A stretch of DNA of 64,000 nt from Takakia lepidozioides (taxonomy: Eukaryota; Plantae; Bryophyta): positions 14,508,001 through 14,572,000 of the forward strand of contig CM060732.1 in assembly GCA_030704615.1 (NCBI GenBank). The letters run 5' to 3'. Of this stretch, positions 38,355-51,348 are shown piece after piece. The translations under genes and the position numbers were made by a program. Each line of letters begins with the position of its first letter. Position 1 is the first letter of the stretch. The notes under the pieces are model-generated. The model saw only the letters and a list, made by a program, of their open reading frames with translations. It was not told the origin of the DNA and searched no databases.

Positions 38355-39050
38355 GGTGAGGGGGAGGAGGAGGGGGGGATGGGTACCCCGGGTGCACCCC
38401 GGGGTATGAAGCCACACGGGACCTAGGAGGCTGTTGGGAGGCTAGATTCGAGCTGCCTTTTGTTAGTGATAATTGTTGTAAGGGAGCGGAGGGCTGTCAG
38501 GTATTTTACCTAGTACTATTTTTACCATAATATCCCCGGAACCTGACGTGACGGAGGTCCCGTCAGCGTCAGGTCTGACGTGACCTGATGCTGACTTACA
38601 GACGTGACGCTGATAACCGGGTGACCCATGGAGGATGTGACCGACCATCAACCCAAAATGACCTCTTGTGTGTGTTGCTTGTGTCTATAGTCAAATAATG
38701 TCGGATTGGTCAATGAGAACCACCACGGTGCAGCTGAGCCGGCATAGATTGAAACACGGCCTGCTAAGACTAAGCTAACTCTCCTAAGAACCTTGTAAAC
38801 ATCATGGAGAATACCAAATCAGGGTACTAACAGGAGCCAAGAGCCCACATTTGCAGGATGAACAAACTTCTTCACATCGTACATTAAGAAAAAACCATAC
38901 CTTGCGATTGTGGTTGTCCCACCATCGTGAAGGATCTTTAAGAAACTTATGCCAGCTCTGCTCCGTGCTCCAAGGTAGTGGTTTGTGCTCGAAAATCCGG
39001 CACAGAGAGTAATCAGCACTTAGAGGCAGTATTCGGTTGACCTACTATTC
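37830..39050. mobile_element. Mosaic of LTR-like fragments
   Basis: 37900-38150 is reverse-complement similar to ~60340-60600; gacccatggaggat at ~38623 recurs at ~63978. Confidence 0.5.
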
Positions 39051-39059
39051 TAGAAGTGG

Positions 39060-39390
39060 GAGCTTGGTATACAATCCTGCAATCATCGCATTCCATGAGA
39101 TCACATCTCTCTTAGGAATCCCATCAAACACTTGGTGAGCATCCACCACACTCCCGTGCACTTGCAGTACATGCTGATTAGAGCATTGCCTGGACACGGA
39201 CATCTGATTCAAATCCAGACTTTAGAATATCACCCCTTCTCGTTGCATAACGCCAAAGAGTGCAACTGCGTCCGCCCCATGCCCTTGCTGAGAAAATCGT
39301 GCCATCATTGCATTCCACGAGACTACATTTTGTCCAGGCATTTCACAAAACACTCGCCGTGCATCCACTATACTGCCGCACTTGACAATA
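39060..39390 (-). pseudogene. PLS-class pentatricopeptide repeat gene fragment
   Basis: KCGSIVDARRVFCEMPGQNVVSWNAMM...QQGHGADAVALF; NALISMYCKC..SVVDAHQVFDGIPKRDVISWNAMIAG. Confidence 0.9.
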
Positions 39391-40119
39391 CTAGTGATTG
39401 CAAACTAGAGTGGACCAAAAATGGCAGATCATGAGTACATAAAGAGTACATAAAGGAGGATGTGGCGAATCCTCAACCATCGGATTTGCTTCAACTGACA
39501 ATCTTGACCGTCTATTATTGACTGTTAAAACCAAAATTTTCAAATTGCGATAATATCAATTCACAAATGTTTTTTGAAATTTGATCATAATCAACTCTGC
39601 ATTTATGGTGAATGAATGCATTTAATGAAAAAAGTTTTGTTATTTCAAAATAATTTAGTCATAAAGGACTTTATGAAAAGAGCTATTTTTGAGGCTCAAT
39701 ATAATACATAATTTTTTTTTAACTTCATATTTTTGAATGATAGTTTTCATTCCAGATTCCTCGTTCTCCAAAGCAAGGTTGAGAGAGTCCTTTTCTTGAC
39801 TTTGTTCTAACTTCTATATTAAAAAAATCCATAACGTCTTTTTTTATGGACTGTGACAATTCCTTATGGACTTTTTAAAAGTCCATAACATCTAGAGATT
39901 CTGGTTTTTGATAATGAGATTTACAAGTGTGAAAGTATATGTAGATGAGCCTCTATATATTATTCCCTTTTTATTGATGGCATTGTCATGTAGGAGTATG
40001 ATAATTTACCACTATTCCATGTCTGGAAAAAACAGTGTTGTGACAGCAAAAAATAAACACTGTAAGCTGCAATCACCCATACGTGCTGAGAAGGGTAGTC
40101 ACCATCAGAGATCTGCAAG

Positions 40120-40705
40120 CATAAGATAAAACTGGAACCTGATGCAGTACATGTAAAACAGGCCAGATACAGATTGAATCCCAACTATGCACATAAAGTT
40201 GGAGAGGAGATAAAGAAGTTAGCTGATGCTAAATTCATATATCTTGTGAATACACTACATGCCTATCACCCATAGTGATGGTACCTCAAAAGAATGGCAA
40301 CCTCAGGGTATGTGTGGATTACAAAAAGCTAAATGCTTGTACCAAGAAAGATCTTTTTCCACTACCCTTCACAGAGGTTGTGCTAGATGTAGTTGCAAGA
40401 CATGATATGTACTCCTTCATGGATGGATTCAGTGGATATAACCAGGTACAGGTAGCAGAGGAAGACCAATGAAAGACAACTTTCATAACAGATTAGGGAG
40501 CTTATGCATACAAAGTAATGCCCTTTGGTCTATGTAATGCCCCTGCTACATTCCAAAGAGTGGTAACAGAATCCTTCCAAGAATATCTGGACGACTTTAT
40601 GCAAGTATTTCTGGATGACTTCAGTGTGTACAGTTCTACAAATGAACATTTGCATAAACTGGAGTTGTGTTTGGCCAGATGCAAGTCAAGGGGAATAAGC
40701 CTTAA
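40120..40705 (+). pseudogene. Ty3/Gypsy reverse transcriptase fragment
   Basis: VPQKNGNLRVCVDYKKLN...FMDGFSGYNQ...MPFGLCNAPATFQR...VFLDDF; in-frame stops. Confidence 0.95.
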
Positions 40706-40814
40706 AACCCTGAAAAATAACACAATTTTAAGTAAAACTGGAGTTGTGTTTGGCCAGATGCAAGTCAAGGGGAATAAGCCTTAAAACCCTGAAAAATAAC
40801 ACAATTTTAAGTAA
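40656..40814. repeat. 79-bp tandem duplication spanning the RT truncation junction
   Basis: aaactggagttgtgtttggcc...ttttaagta at 40656 and 40735. Confidence 0.95.
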
Positions 40815-41070
40815 ATCTGGACTAAAGTTTGGTCCAGAAATAAGGAAAAATATCTGAATATGTATTTTTTAAATCATTTAAATAAATTTAAATGGATCAT
40901 TTTAAATATAAATATAAGATATAAATAATTATTTGTCTATTAATATATAATATGAGCAATAAAGAAACATTATGTATAAACTTCAGGAGAAAAAGCAGTT
41001 TCTATTTGGCTCATAAAGCAAGTTCCACTGTTCACTCGACGTTTAGTAAGAGTTGAATGAGATACCAACA

Positions 41071-41295
41071 GTCAGTAGCTCAGTTGGTGAAGTGCACTGA
41101 GTGCCACCCAGATGATTATGGGGTCAAATCTTGCTACTGACGGGTGTGGTATGTTCCTGGGTGGTATCCCATTCCAATGCCACATGGCGGGGTTACTGTG
41201 GAAGAGGTTATTTTCTCCTCTCACTATGAAGGGGCGTGATTTGTGAGCTGTCGCTCCCAGGTGTTTCCATTACATTAAAAAATAAATTAAAAAAA
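41071..41295 (+). mobile_element. tRNA-derived SINE (probably tRNA-Gly GCC head)
   Basis: GTCAGTA/TACTGAC acceptor stem, A box TAGCTCAGTTGG, B-box-like GGGTCAAATC, GCC in the anticodon loop, then a ~135-bp body and A-rich tail. Confidence 0.75.
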
Positions 41296-44200
41296 TGGGT
41301 GTCGGGTGATGACTTGCTTCATGATCCGCGGCCTGATGGATGATTGGAGCACCTTATGCCTTAGTCATATTCGTAACCGCGACTGAGCTTGTGAAGGCCG
41401 TTACTATGTAACGTACAAGGCAAATCAATCAAATATGTGAACAAAACATGGCACAATGACACAATACCATGACATGAAAGGAAAGACAATGGGAGACATT
41501 GATGATAAACAACCAGGTTTTATTTCAGAATCATGTCAATTTGAGTAAGTCTCGCCATGCGGCATGGACCAATACAAGTAACGTAAACCATTTCAATGAG
41601 AGTATCAACTTCTAGAATGAGGGCTGAACTCCGGTAACACAAGACGATGTCGGCCGACGTACTTATGGTGAAAGTATTTTGAGGAAAGCCATTTTCCAAA
41701 ATCACGATATTTTGACTAGGTTGAAGGGACCATTTTCAAATCTGTATTCTTCCATTGTTCCGAAGGTTTTTGTCAACAAAGATGGAAGAAGTCCCTGAAA
41801 TGTTGTCTCGGGTATCGTGGATATGGTGATGACCCCACAAAAAATATCCTCCAATATTACGCCAACCAACAATGTCTTGTGCGACCGAAGTTCAGCTGTA
41901 CTTCTCCAAGAATTGGTGGCCTTGCAGACTTTCAGTGAATCGCGAAGATGATGAATTACTCGTATGCTCTTCAAAACATAATGTCCAAGTAACTGACCCT
42001 GGAGTAAGATGCTGAAAAATTGGGGAGTAAGTATGCTGCTCGTATGCTTCTGGAGAGTGGCTCGGTGGCGAGTATGTTGATGGAGAGAGTGATGTTTTCT
42101 GCGAAATCTTCAAGAAAATAGTGTCGGGTGACCAGTCGAGGTTCATCTGTGACGGGCTGTGGTACTTCTGACGATATACTGTAAAGCACTCGTAAACTGT
42201 TCTCCAACTAAATAATCTCCAACTGAATAACCACCAACTAACTGATTGGAGCTGTCACAACCAATGTCAACAATCATATTTACTGCTAGATGTTTGATGC
42301 TATTGTTGTTCATGTAGCTGAATTGTATAGTAGTCGTTTTGCTATTCCCACGCGAACAGTATCAGGTCCCCAGAGACTGTCATATTTAGACTCTCGTATC
42401 AGCCACGGCCCACCATCATTGACCAATTTAAAACCATCAGCTGCATGTCAGCTGAGAACTAGATCTTCGATTCATTGTATGCGACTCCACAGAAACACCC
42501 TAGCCCACAAGTAGTTAACCAGCACCTTGAGATATTTGGATTGAATGAACTGGAGATTTCATTCTTAGCTAATGGTTTCACGTAGGTGGTGCTTGATACC
42601 GATTTCGGAATTTGGCAGTCTCAGTGGACTTGATGTTGTTGGAATGGGAATAGCAAAAAGACTCAGGAGTCAGGACTATAGAAATCAGCAACATGAACAT
42701 AGGTAGTATCAAACACCTTGAAGTACATATGATTGTTGAGATTGTTTGCACAGATTGTTTGCGACGGTGTTCCCCCTCTGGCGTCCAGTCCACATGAAAA
42801 TGACGAGAATGACGCTGGAGATTGACGTTCAATTACTGACATTTTGCCTCCTCGTAACCCCCATTGGTGTGCAATGAAATGACATCAAACAGACCAGTTC
42901 TTAGAAAACACCGTGATCGCGCAGTTTAATCGTTGGTGTTCCCCAAAAAAAATGAATCTCCAAACAAAGGATTAGGAACCAAAAAATACAAACCACAAGG
43001 ATGCTGTCAATTGGTTGGAGATCGGATTATGCAAGCATGGAGAATGACTTCCAACAAGACTAGGAAGTTCATTAATCACTTGAACAATCCGCCAAGGACC
43101 AAGTGACCCATCAGCCCGGATGATTTGAGTACAAATAGATACATTGTAACACATCAGGATCATCCAGGATGATGGTGTGAAATATTCCGGGACGGATTAT
43201 GCAAATACCTTGAGTTCCCTCGCTGTAACTGAACGGAAGTAACTCACTATGCCTTGCAGCTCACCTCCGCTTCAAATGACAGCATTTTCGTTGTTGATTC
43301 GTGAGCATATAACAAACAATCACATCCACTCCGACCAATGACAAGTGACACTGTTGAGGTAATATAACATTGAGGCAGTCGGCTGGAGAACTAGGACGAT
43401 GATGAAGTCCACTTTTCGAACCACGAGTGATCGCGCGACAGATCTTTGCCTCTACCACCATTGAAACCACAACGAGCAGAGTACATCCGGATTTCGATGG
43501 TGCTGTCAGTTCGTCAGGGAAGGAATTTTGAAGCCGCCAAAATTACTTCAATCCATTTGAAGAGAGGTTTTAACAGAGCTTCACAATCCGCTCAGGAACA
43601 AATGAGACGACCATCGTGGGTGCTTCAATTACGTGTTAGGAACCCGAATTCAGTCATCGACGATGATCGTGTCACTTGTTCCCCATCGTAATATGCAAAC
43701 ATCGGAAACTTCTTTCTCTTTAAATATTCTGAAATAATTTGGAAAGTCTCGACATTACGTTTCGCAGGACCTGACAGCATCTTCAGTCTGGATTGAGTAC
43801 ACAACCAACTCCTCCAGCCTCCAGCCTGATCTGTTATTGCCTCCACTGACAATGAAGTCAACTTGTTTTGATAACATTTGATGGCATTGCTAATCTATGC
43901 TAGCTCCACAAGAGGAGATATGAAGGAACCACGCGCGATTGCGCGTGATCTCTCTCAAACTTCCGATACCCCATTAAGGCCGAGAGGATCTGGCATAACA
44001 TTAACAGTGTTAAATAACGAATGTGTGTAATGAACAGGCCGGCAATAGATTAATTCATCAATATCACAAAGTTGCTTCCCAAACGGCTAACACTCAAGGC
44101 ATATGTACGAGATCGCCGTCGGTTACCACTGATGGCGGAACTCTGTGCACCCGATGAGATGGATACAGTCGGAGATTGAATTTAAGATATGACCAGACAC

Positions 44201-44479
44201 CTCACTGGTAGTTGTACTTGATTGATGAACGTAAAGCCTCGCGGTCCCTCCGCTCAGCCTTCCACTGCCGTTCTTCTTTCTTCTCCTGTTGAATTTGATT
44301 CTGAACTTGACACTGGAATATAACTGTGTGGAAGCAGCACAGAAAGAATTGTTAAAGAAAATACAAAGATCATTGAAATATCATTGATCTCACAAAAGTC
44401 ATGTGAAGTCAACATACGTATATGTACAAATGGGGGTTGAAGTAAAACTGATGGACTACACACAAAATAGGGCAATGTT

Positions 44480-45240
44480 AAACTACATACCCAGATAATC
44501 GGGATCTTTTTGCAGTGGGTGCCAAACAGAAGCATCAATAAATCTTCCAAACCAGGACCAGTAGACGTGATTTCGATCTATCGGTGGGCCGGAAGATTTG
44601 CAGGAGTTCTTGCCGACATAATCAACAACGGATTGGGCTCCAATCAAGCCCGAGAGAAAATGCCACAATGCTTTGGTGATTCTACTGGTTGATGATGACC
44701 CATCCAAGGCACTCCGAAACCCAGTGAATACTGGAGTCTTCCCAATCACATTCAAGGAATCAAGCAATGAGGAGGATGCCCCTGCCTAGCAAATTCTTTC
44801 CCACTAAATTTTACGAGAATACTCTTAATATCTTTAATAAGATATTTCATTCCAGGCTTAATATGTCCAGCTGTATCTGTGCAATGCTCGGCAAACCACA
44901 TGAAACGAAATTGTTTCATAATTTCCGGAGGAACGAAACACTCCAACATCTTGAATACAGTATCCCTCTCAGAGCAAGACCAAATCGCTACATGAAAATG
45001 AGTCAATGCAAGTCGAAGAAACTCCAGCACTCCAGGTCTTGGAACCACAAACGGTCTTGCGGGCACCCGAATTGTTACTTTCCTCAAGTGGAACCTCTGT
45101 TTAAACAACTCACCTCCAGTAGGAGGTGGCCTGTAGCAAAGAAGTCCATTGACACTTAGGACCAGCAACATGCGCTTGTGTTTCCGGACACCACACATTT
45201 CTTGAGTAACAACGTTCTGAACCATCCAAAAGAGCCCATT
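44480..45240 (-). pseudogene. FCP1/NIF-like HAD phosphatase domain, degenerate
   Basis: MLLVLSVNGLL...PRPGVLEFL....HFHVAIWS...FMWFAEHC...IKDI...LLDS; the DxDx motif is replaced by SVNG. Confidence 0.7.
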
Positions 45241-46749
45241 AGTTTCTGTTATCTGACCCAAAAATAAATTATTTCCAGTATATCTTGCAACTCAAAAAAT
45301 GCTATGACATACTTGCATTTTGTGGTATACCTAGTGTCTACATCCTGACTCCCAAATGCAATATTTTGCGAAGGAGGTCCTGACTCAGCATTACGACACC
45401 CAATTGTGACTTGAGACAAACAAGCACAATCGGGAGTCTCTGAGTTTCCTGCAACCACGCGCGATCGCGCGAGGTTCCTTTGTGTCAAGTTGTGTCGACA
45501 ATGTAAATGATATATGTAATGATTACAAGGAAGCCAGAAACAATAAGACAGAGGATCAAGTGAAGGAGATACTTATTACCTTTGCTAGATTTACCCTTCG
45601 ATTTTGAGGCAGGTTACCACTGGAGGCAGGTGAATGTTGAAGGGATAACAGAACGCCAGATGTTGTTCTTTCATCGTCGGACGCTGACTGTTGTGATCTA
45701 TGACGTTTCCTTGACACAGGACCATCCGGAATTCTGGGGGGTTGGGGATGTGCAGAAATATTTGCCGGTCTTGTCGGTGTGCTGACCTCAGTCGGCAAAT
45801 GAGTGAGTTCAATAACCTTCTCGCTGACGGTTGACAATGGAATTCGGTTTCTTTCTTTATGCACATCCTGAACCGAATTCAAACGGAAAAAAATGATTAC
45901 CTTGGAATACAACCCCACAGAAGTTGCCACTTCACAGGGGGGAATACTTGCGCGTGAGCCTGGCTAGGCTCACGCCACGTCAACAATCATCCACGTGTGC
46001 AGGTCCTAATTCCGTGCCCCCCCCCCCCCTTACCGCGGATCAGTTGTCGCCTATGTCCCTTTCATCGCCCCCACATGAATATTCTTTCCGACCAAGAACA
46101 ATGGTAGGTTTGTGGATGGTTTAGGATCGAGGACATGATTTTTGAATGAGGAGATCGCCCGCTAGAGAATTGAATATTAACAGCAAACCCTTTTTTTTTC
46201 AAAGTAGTTCATTCATTCCAACCCACAAACATTTTTCAATGCTGGAATCTGAAGACCTACCCCAGGCAATCCCTAACTGTACTTACGGGAACGCGCGAAG
46301 ATCTTGAAAAACAGTTTGGGGATGGAAGCAAAACCAAAATACATTTTATTAAGTCTTGGTACTTGAACCTCAAGAACTATTGGAGGTTTTAGAGGAACTA
46401 CTTCCAGAGTCTGCAGCAATATCATCTATGAACACAGCAACCCCTCCTTGACGTTTTTTTTCTCCACGACCCCCATGGAGAGGCGAATACATTGTTTGTT
46501 GGGACAACACCCGTGCGCAAGCTTCTGCGTAAACCGGCAAGCGGTAAGCTCTAGGGGGACTCGGGAGACATGTAGTATCCTTGGAAACCGAAAGGTGTTT
46601 GCGTATTCGATGACGCCTGCCGAACTCTGGAAAGCAAGAAGAGGAATGGTGGTAGATGTTATCATCGAGAAATAGACAATGTAAGCAACCATCTGTCGAA
46701 CGGGAATGACACAATGAAATGCAACATATTTTGCACGACTAGAGCCGAA

Positions 46750-49700
46750 CTTACTCACACTCAAAATCGGAGTCCACGTTGAGATCCTCGTCAGGCGCTT
46801 CGGGCTCCTCAAGAAGTCCCTCCGTGGATGGGGCAGAAGTAGTGCCCAACTCAAGCTGATGAAGCTCGCTTGAGAAGAGCTCTGTATCAACCTCCATGCC
46901 GAAGAAGTGCCTTCCGGCGCTTTTGCATGCATGAAAAGATGCTCCTGCAAATCGAAGATGAACGAGAAATCAAAACAGGGCTTCCCTAAGCTCACTGCCC
47001 ACATTTCAAACACAGTGTTGAGGGCCCCACCTATTCCCATAGACAAGTCAACCACTCGTCCACCGTGACGGCTGCATGTCTCCACCAAAGTCTGCATGAA
47101 AGCTGGGGATTTCTCCCGTGCACCTCTCCAAGGGATACCAGTCGACCTTTTCGTGGTTCGACCCGAGTCCACGTAATTGAAGATTACATCATCCTCCACA
47201 AGCTCGCAGGTGGGGTCAATGTGAGCTGCAAGGTCCCTCAACTGGAACTCAGCAATACCAGGAGGAAGAGTGTCCTTACGCACCCTCACCAGGCACAAAG
47301 CTTTGAACACCCGAGTCTGTCAATAATCACGAAGAGAGCATGAGGCAAAAGACAAAACCAACTTTTGACATGTAATTCAGAACCACAAAACTTTAATTCA
47401 AAGGAACCAACTCACTTTCTACCCCGGGAACTCGCCCTTCGTAAGAGGCAGAGTGTTGATGCATGTCCAAGTTTTGATGACACAAAACCCGGAAGCTTTC
47501 ATGTAGCTGAAAAGAGTTCTCCATGCCGACATGTCCTTTGACTGCATGAGAAGAAGAGCCCCCGAGTCAAAAAGGAATTTGTTGCTGAATGAGAAGGCCC
47601 ACTGCCAGTAACGAGAATCCGATTTGTTCCAAGTGGGGGTTGAATTGGAAGGCAACACATCAGGGACAGGGAAACCGTCAGGAATGTCCAGCACCACAAG
47701 GTCAGTCGCGTATGCCTGCTGAACTCCATTCACCCAATCCGGCCTTTTTGTGACCTACAGCCAAAAACAGGAGACAGTGTCACAAGCCCAATCTTGATCC
47801 AACAGGAAATCAATCCCATCGACAAGCCAGAACAAGTTGCCAAAACAAAATTATTCACACAACAGTTAAGACATATGTGCTTATCTGAGTGAGGAATGAA
47901 ACAAGCATGTCCCATGATTTTGAGGGCACCCCTTTGAATGTCGACTTCCTGGATTCCATCATTGCCAGAAAACTTTCATTCACCACCTTACGATGGAACT
48001 GGCCCAAAACCCTGGATGGATGTTCTCTCGCATCGAAAGGCTGCTCCCTCGACTTTGTTGTTCTCCTATCCCTCCTAGTTGGAGAAGGTTGTCTTTCAGC
48101 GACCTCTGACGGGCCCTGTTCCTACGGAGCTGCACTCTTCCCCTTCCCCTTTGGATCCCCGGCAATCTTCCCCTTCCGTTTTGGAGTAGCAGATTTCTCA
48201 GGCTCTTTTGCAGCCAGAGCAGCAATGATTTTGTCATGAATGTCTTTGTCAGCCAGTGGGGCAAGTGCCGTGGCGTTGTCGTTAAGGTTTCTCAAAACAA
48301 CTTCATCGAATGGTGTGTCCTGTTTTGGCAGATCGAGGTACCACCCACAGTCTCTGAAGTGCGCCCTGCTCCAGTCTCTGGCAATACCAGCCGTGTACAT
48401 TGTCTTGTCATTGGAGGGGTCAGCCCACGAGTAGATGAAGTCTGGGTCATCGCTAAGGTACTTTCCCGGTATGAGGACATGATACATATACCTGAATGAC
48501 ACACACACCCAAAATCCAGACAGTCAATTGATCTGATTAGGACACAGATCACACATCACGAGAAGTATATTAGCATGCAAGTCAGTAACACCGATAAACC
48601 AACGTTTGAAAGCCCGATTCAACATTTCGTTGACGCAATGTTGATTCGAGCTGAAATGGAAAACACCAAATTTGGAGAACTGCACTTTCAACAAGCAGGT
48701 ACGAGAGGGAAAGCCCATTATCCTAAAACATCTCATGCACAACATTGGAACCCCAATCAACCTTGCGTTGACGCAAAGAAGATTGGCAGATACACCTATG
48801 ATAATGTAGCATTGAAAGAGACAGTGCTTGGCAACGGAATTCAACATTGCCTCAACGCAAGGTTGTTTTCATTAACAGAGGAAATGGAAAATAGTGATTG
48901 AAAACCACCATCCGAATATCTGCTGGTATGGATATTCAACCTTGCGTTGACACAAGGTTGAATTCCTCTGCTGAAACACCTGTCCAGGGTATTTTTGATA
49001 ACCTTAACTTTCCTACAATTGTATGGAAATCGGGGTATTTTGGCGGGATTAATCTAGCAATCCATACCGTCAAACAACGTTGCGTCAACGCAAGGTTGTT
49101 TGATGGTACAGTGTAAGCTCTAAATAGCATTTCAAATAGACTCCAAACCGACTTTAAGTTCATCCTGGCAGCATTGCAACTGGAAACCACCAAAAAAACA
49201 GCCCAAGAACGAAGGAAAACCTACACAACCAGGCCCTTCATCAACCTTGCGTTGACGCAAGGTTGATTTTCCTGTCAATTTTTGCCCTTTCACATGCAGA
49301 ATAACGACTTCATTGGATACCCCAGGTACATGAAAGTGAAACCAAAACAAAGAGATACAAGCTTGCGTTAACACAATGTTGCTCGGCTGCACGTCCAGAG
49401 CCTTCATAGCTCCCTGAAAACCTCCGAATTCGCAGTTCTACATGGAAAAAACGAAACAAAAATACAGAAACATACACTTCAAGTACCAGAATTGTTTCTT
49501 GGAGGTCACACCTGCACAACACTCGTTTCATTGCTTGCTCGCTGTTGTACTGGTTTTTGAATTTGTAGGACCTGGAGATTCTTTTTTTTCTCTCAAACTC
49601 CCTGAAAAAACAGTTGTTCCAGACAGCGAGCTTCCATCTCCTGATATAGGCCTCCAGTGTGATCCGGGGGCAAGACATCTGGATTTTGTAGTCTGCCATT

Positions 49701-50656
49701 GACTCCCCAAGTGCAGCCATCGCTCGTTTTTCCAACTGCAGCAAGAAAGATCATAAGAATTGTGGAGAGAGCACGGAGCAGCACAAGCATTTGAAAATGG
49801 CTTTGTGGAAACTTTACCTGGCTCCAGAAGGTTGCTTTGTGTAGCCACTGGTCAAATGTGTGGTCGCTAACAACTTTTATTGCTTGTGTCTTCGAGTCCC
49901 TCTCAGGAGATGGGAACATGTTGGTGTCTCTCACAAGTGGATCGGAATTCCAGATCTCCAACCACCTGATTTTGGTTGCATTGTCCACCATTGAAATGGA
50001 GAGGCGATGCAGTTTCTCTTGGGTCATCTCTGGCTTTGAGCCATACTTGTCATAATGTGCTTTCACCTGTTCCAGAAATTCCGTGCCAAGACTTGGATCT
50101 GCCATGCGGATTTGTTTGCGAACGCACTCATGAGGCAAGGTTGATGTCGACCTCTCTGATGAGCATGGAACAGACAAAAAAAAAGGATAAAGCGGGTTGA
50201 TAGTCACCTCCGGTTTCTTCTTTGCACTTGATGATGCTCCTGAGGCATTCAAATTTTCCATGGGGTCTGGAGGCAGCATACTTCCAAGGAGGTCCCGGTG
50301 GTGCGAAACAACGGCAGACGTTATGGTCTCTGTGTCCATCTCTCCTCCCTGCTCTCTCAAGACCTGGTTCTCCACTCGCAGTGCTTCCTCCCGAGCCCAG
50401 CTGACTTCCTCGTCCTCCCCCCCTTCAATTGGAGGTTGCTCTTCGGCCGCCTCCAGGATCACTTGAAGACCTTCCTCTCCAAACAATGGTTGCAAATCGG
50501 GTTTTGGCGTTCGTCCTCATCTCCGCCGGAGGTTTCCTCTCCCATTATAAGTTCCCGTCTCGCCTTCCTCATCCTCTCCTTAGCGCGTACCCTTTGCTTG
50601 TTTGATGTGAAGTAAAGTGTTCTTCGACGTTTTCTTCTCCCTCGGGATATGGTCAT
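46750..50656 (-). pseudogene. Subfamily B homolog of the MTase-like gene (ParB-like segment not found)
   Basis: MADPSLGTEFL..KPEMTQEKLHRL; FRDCGWYLDLP; DLVVLDIPDG (47688-47674); PWRGAREKSPAFMQTLVETCSRHGGRVVDLSMGIG|ASFHACKSAGRHFFGMEVD. Confidence 0.85.
48595..49390. repeat. Intronic array of AACCTTGCGTTGACGCAAGGTT palindromes
   Basis: About seven variants; best copy at 49243-49264. Confidence 0.85.
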
Positions 50657-51348
50657 CGTCTCTACAGAATCCAGGGTTGCAAAGACAATATGGAGAAGAA
50701 GGAAAAAAGGGGGCTACGGTGGGTTCAGCGCAAGGCCTTCCACGCCAAGATGATCGCTCGGAACGACCTGTGTGCCACATGCTCATTCCACATGCATGGC
50801 GAACACGTGTCCATCTAACCGTTATGTATATCTCCGGAAATCATTTTTTTCTCATCCACCGAAATTCGTTCGGGTCCACCTCTCATCCAAAAAAGTTCAT
50901 TGATGAGTAATAGCTTTAGGGATGTTTCAGAGGAATGTGAAGTATGTACAGTTGTACAACGATGCAGGTGCCGTTAAAATTGAATGGAAATGGGCATCTC
51001 ATCTGGAATCTCTGACATGACAGGCAAATGGCGGCTCTGTCAGTGAATCTTGCTGAGTTGGTTGTCCAATGCACTGGTGGGGCACCTATGAGAAAACAAT
51101 TGCATTCTTTGATTAGGGCTGACATTATCCACTCCGCATTTGGGCTCTCTGCGACCGTCCACTTGGTTCGCATGGGGACACATTTCTACGATGTGTCGAA
51201 CTGCGTTAGGAGACCTGCAAGCGGGTGCGAGACCTGCAACTGTGTGTAGGGACGTCATCTATACAGCCAAAAAACTCCGCTCTAGTACAACCTGCAATCA
51301 GAAGCAACGTCGGACTGTGAACTGTTCGTTTTGAAGCAACATTGACAG

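Noticed and set aside
41071-41142. Functional tRNA gene
   Set aside because: Mismatched anticodon and T stems, non-canonical loop, no poly-T terminator, followed by a SINE-like body and A-tail.
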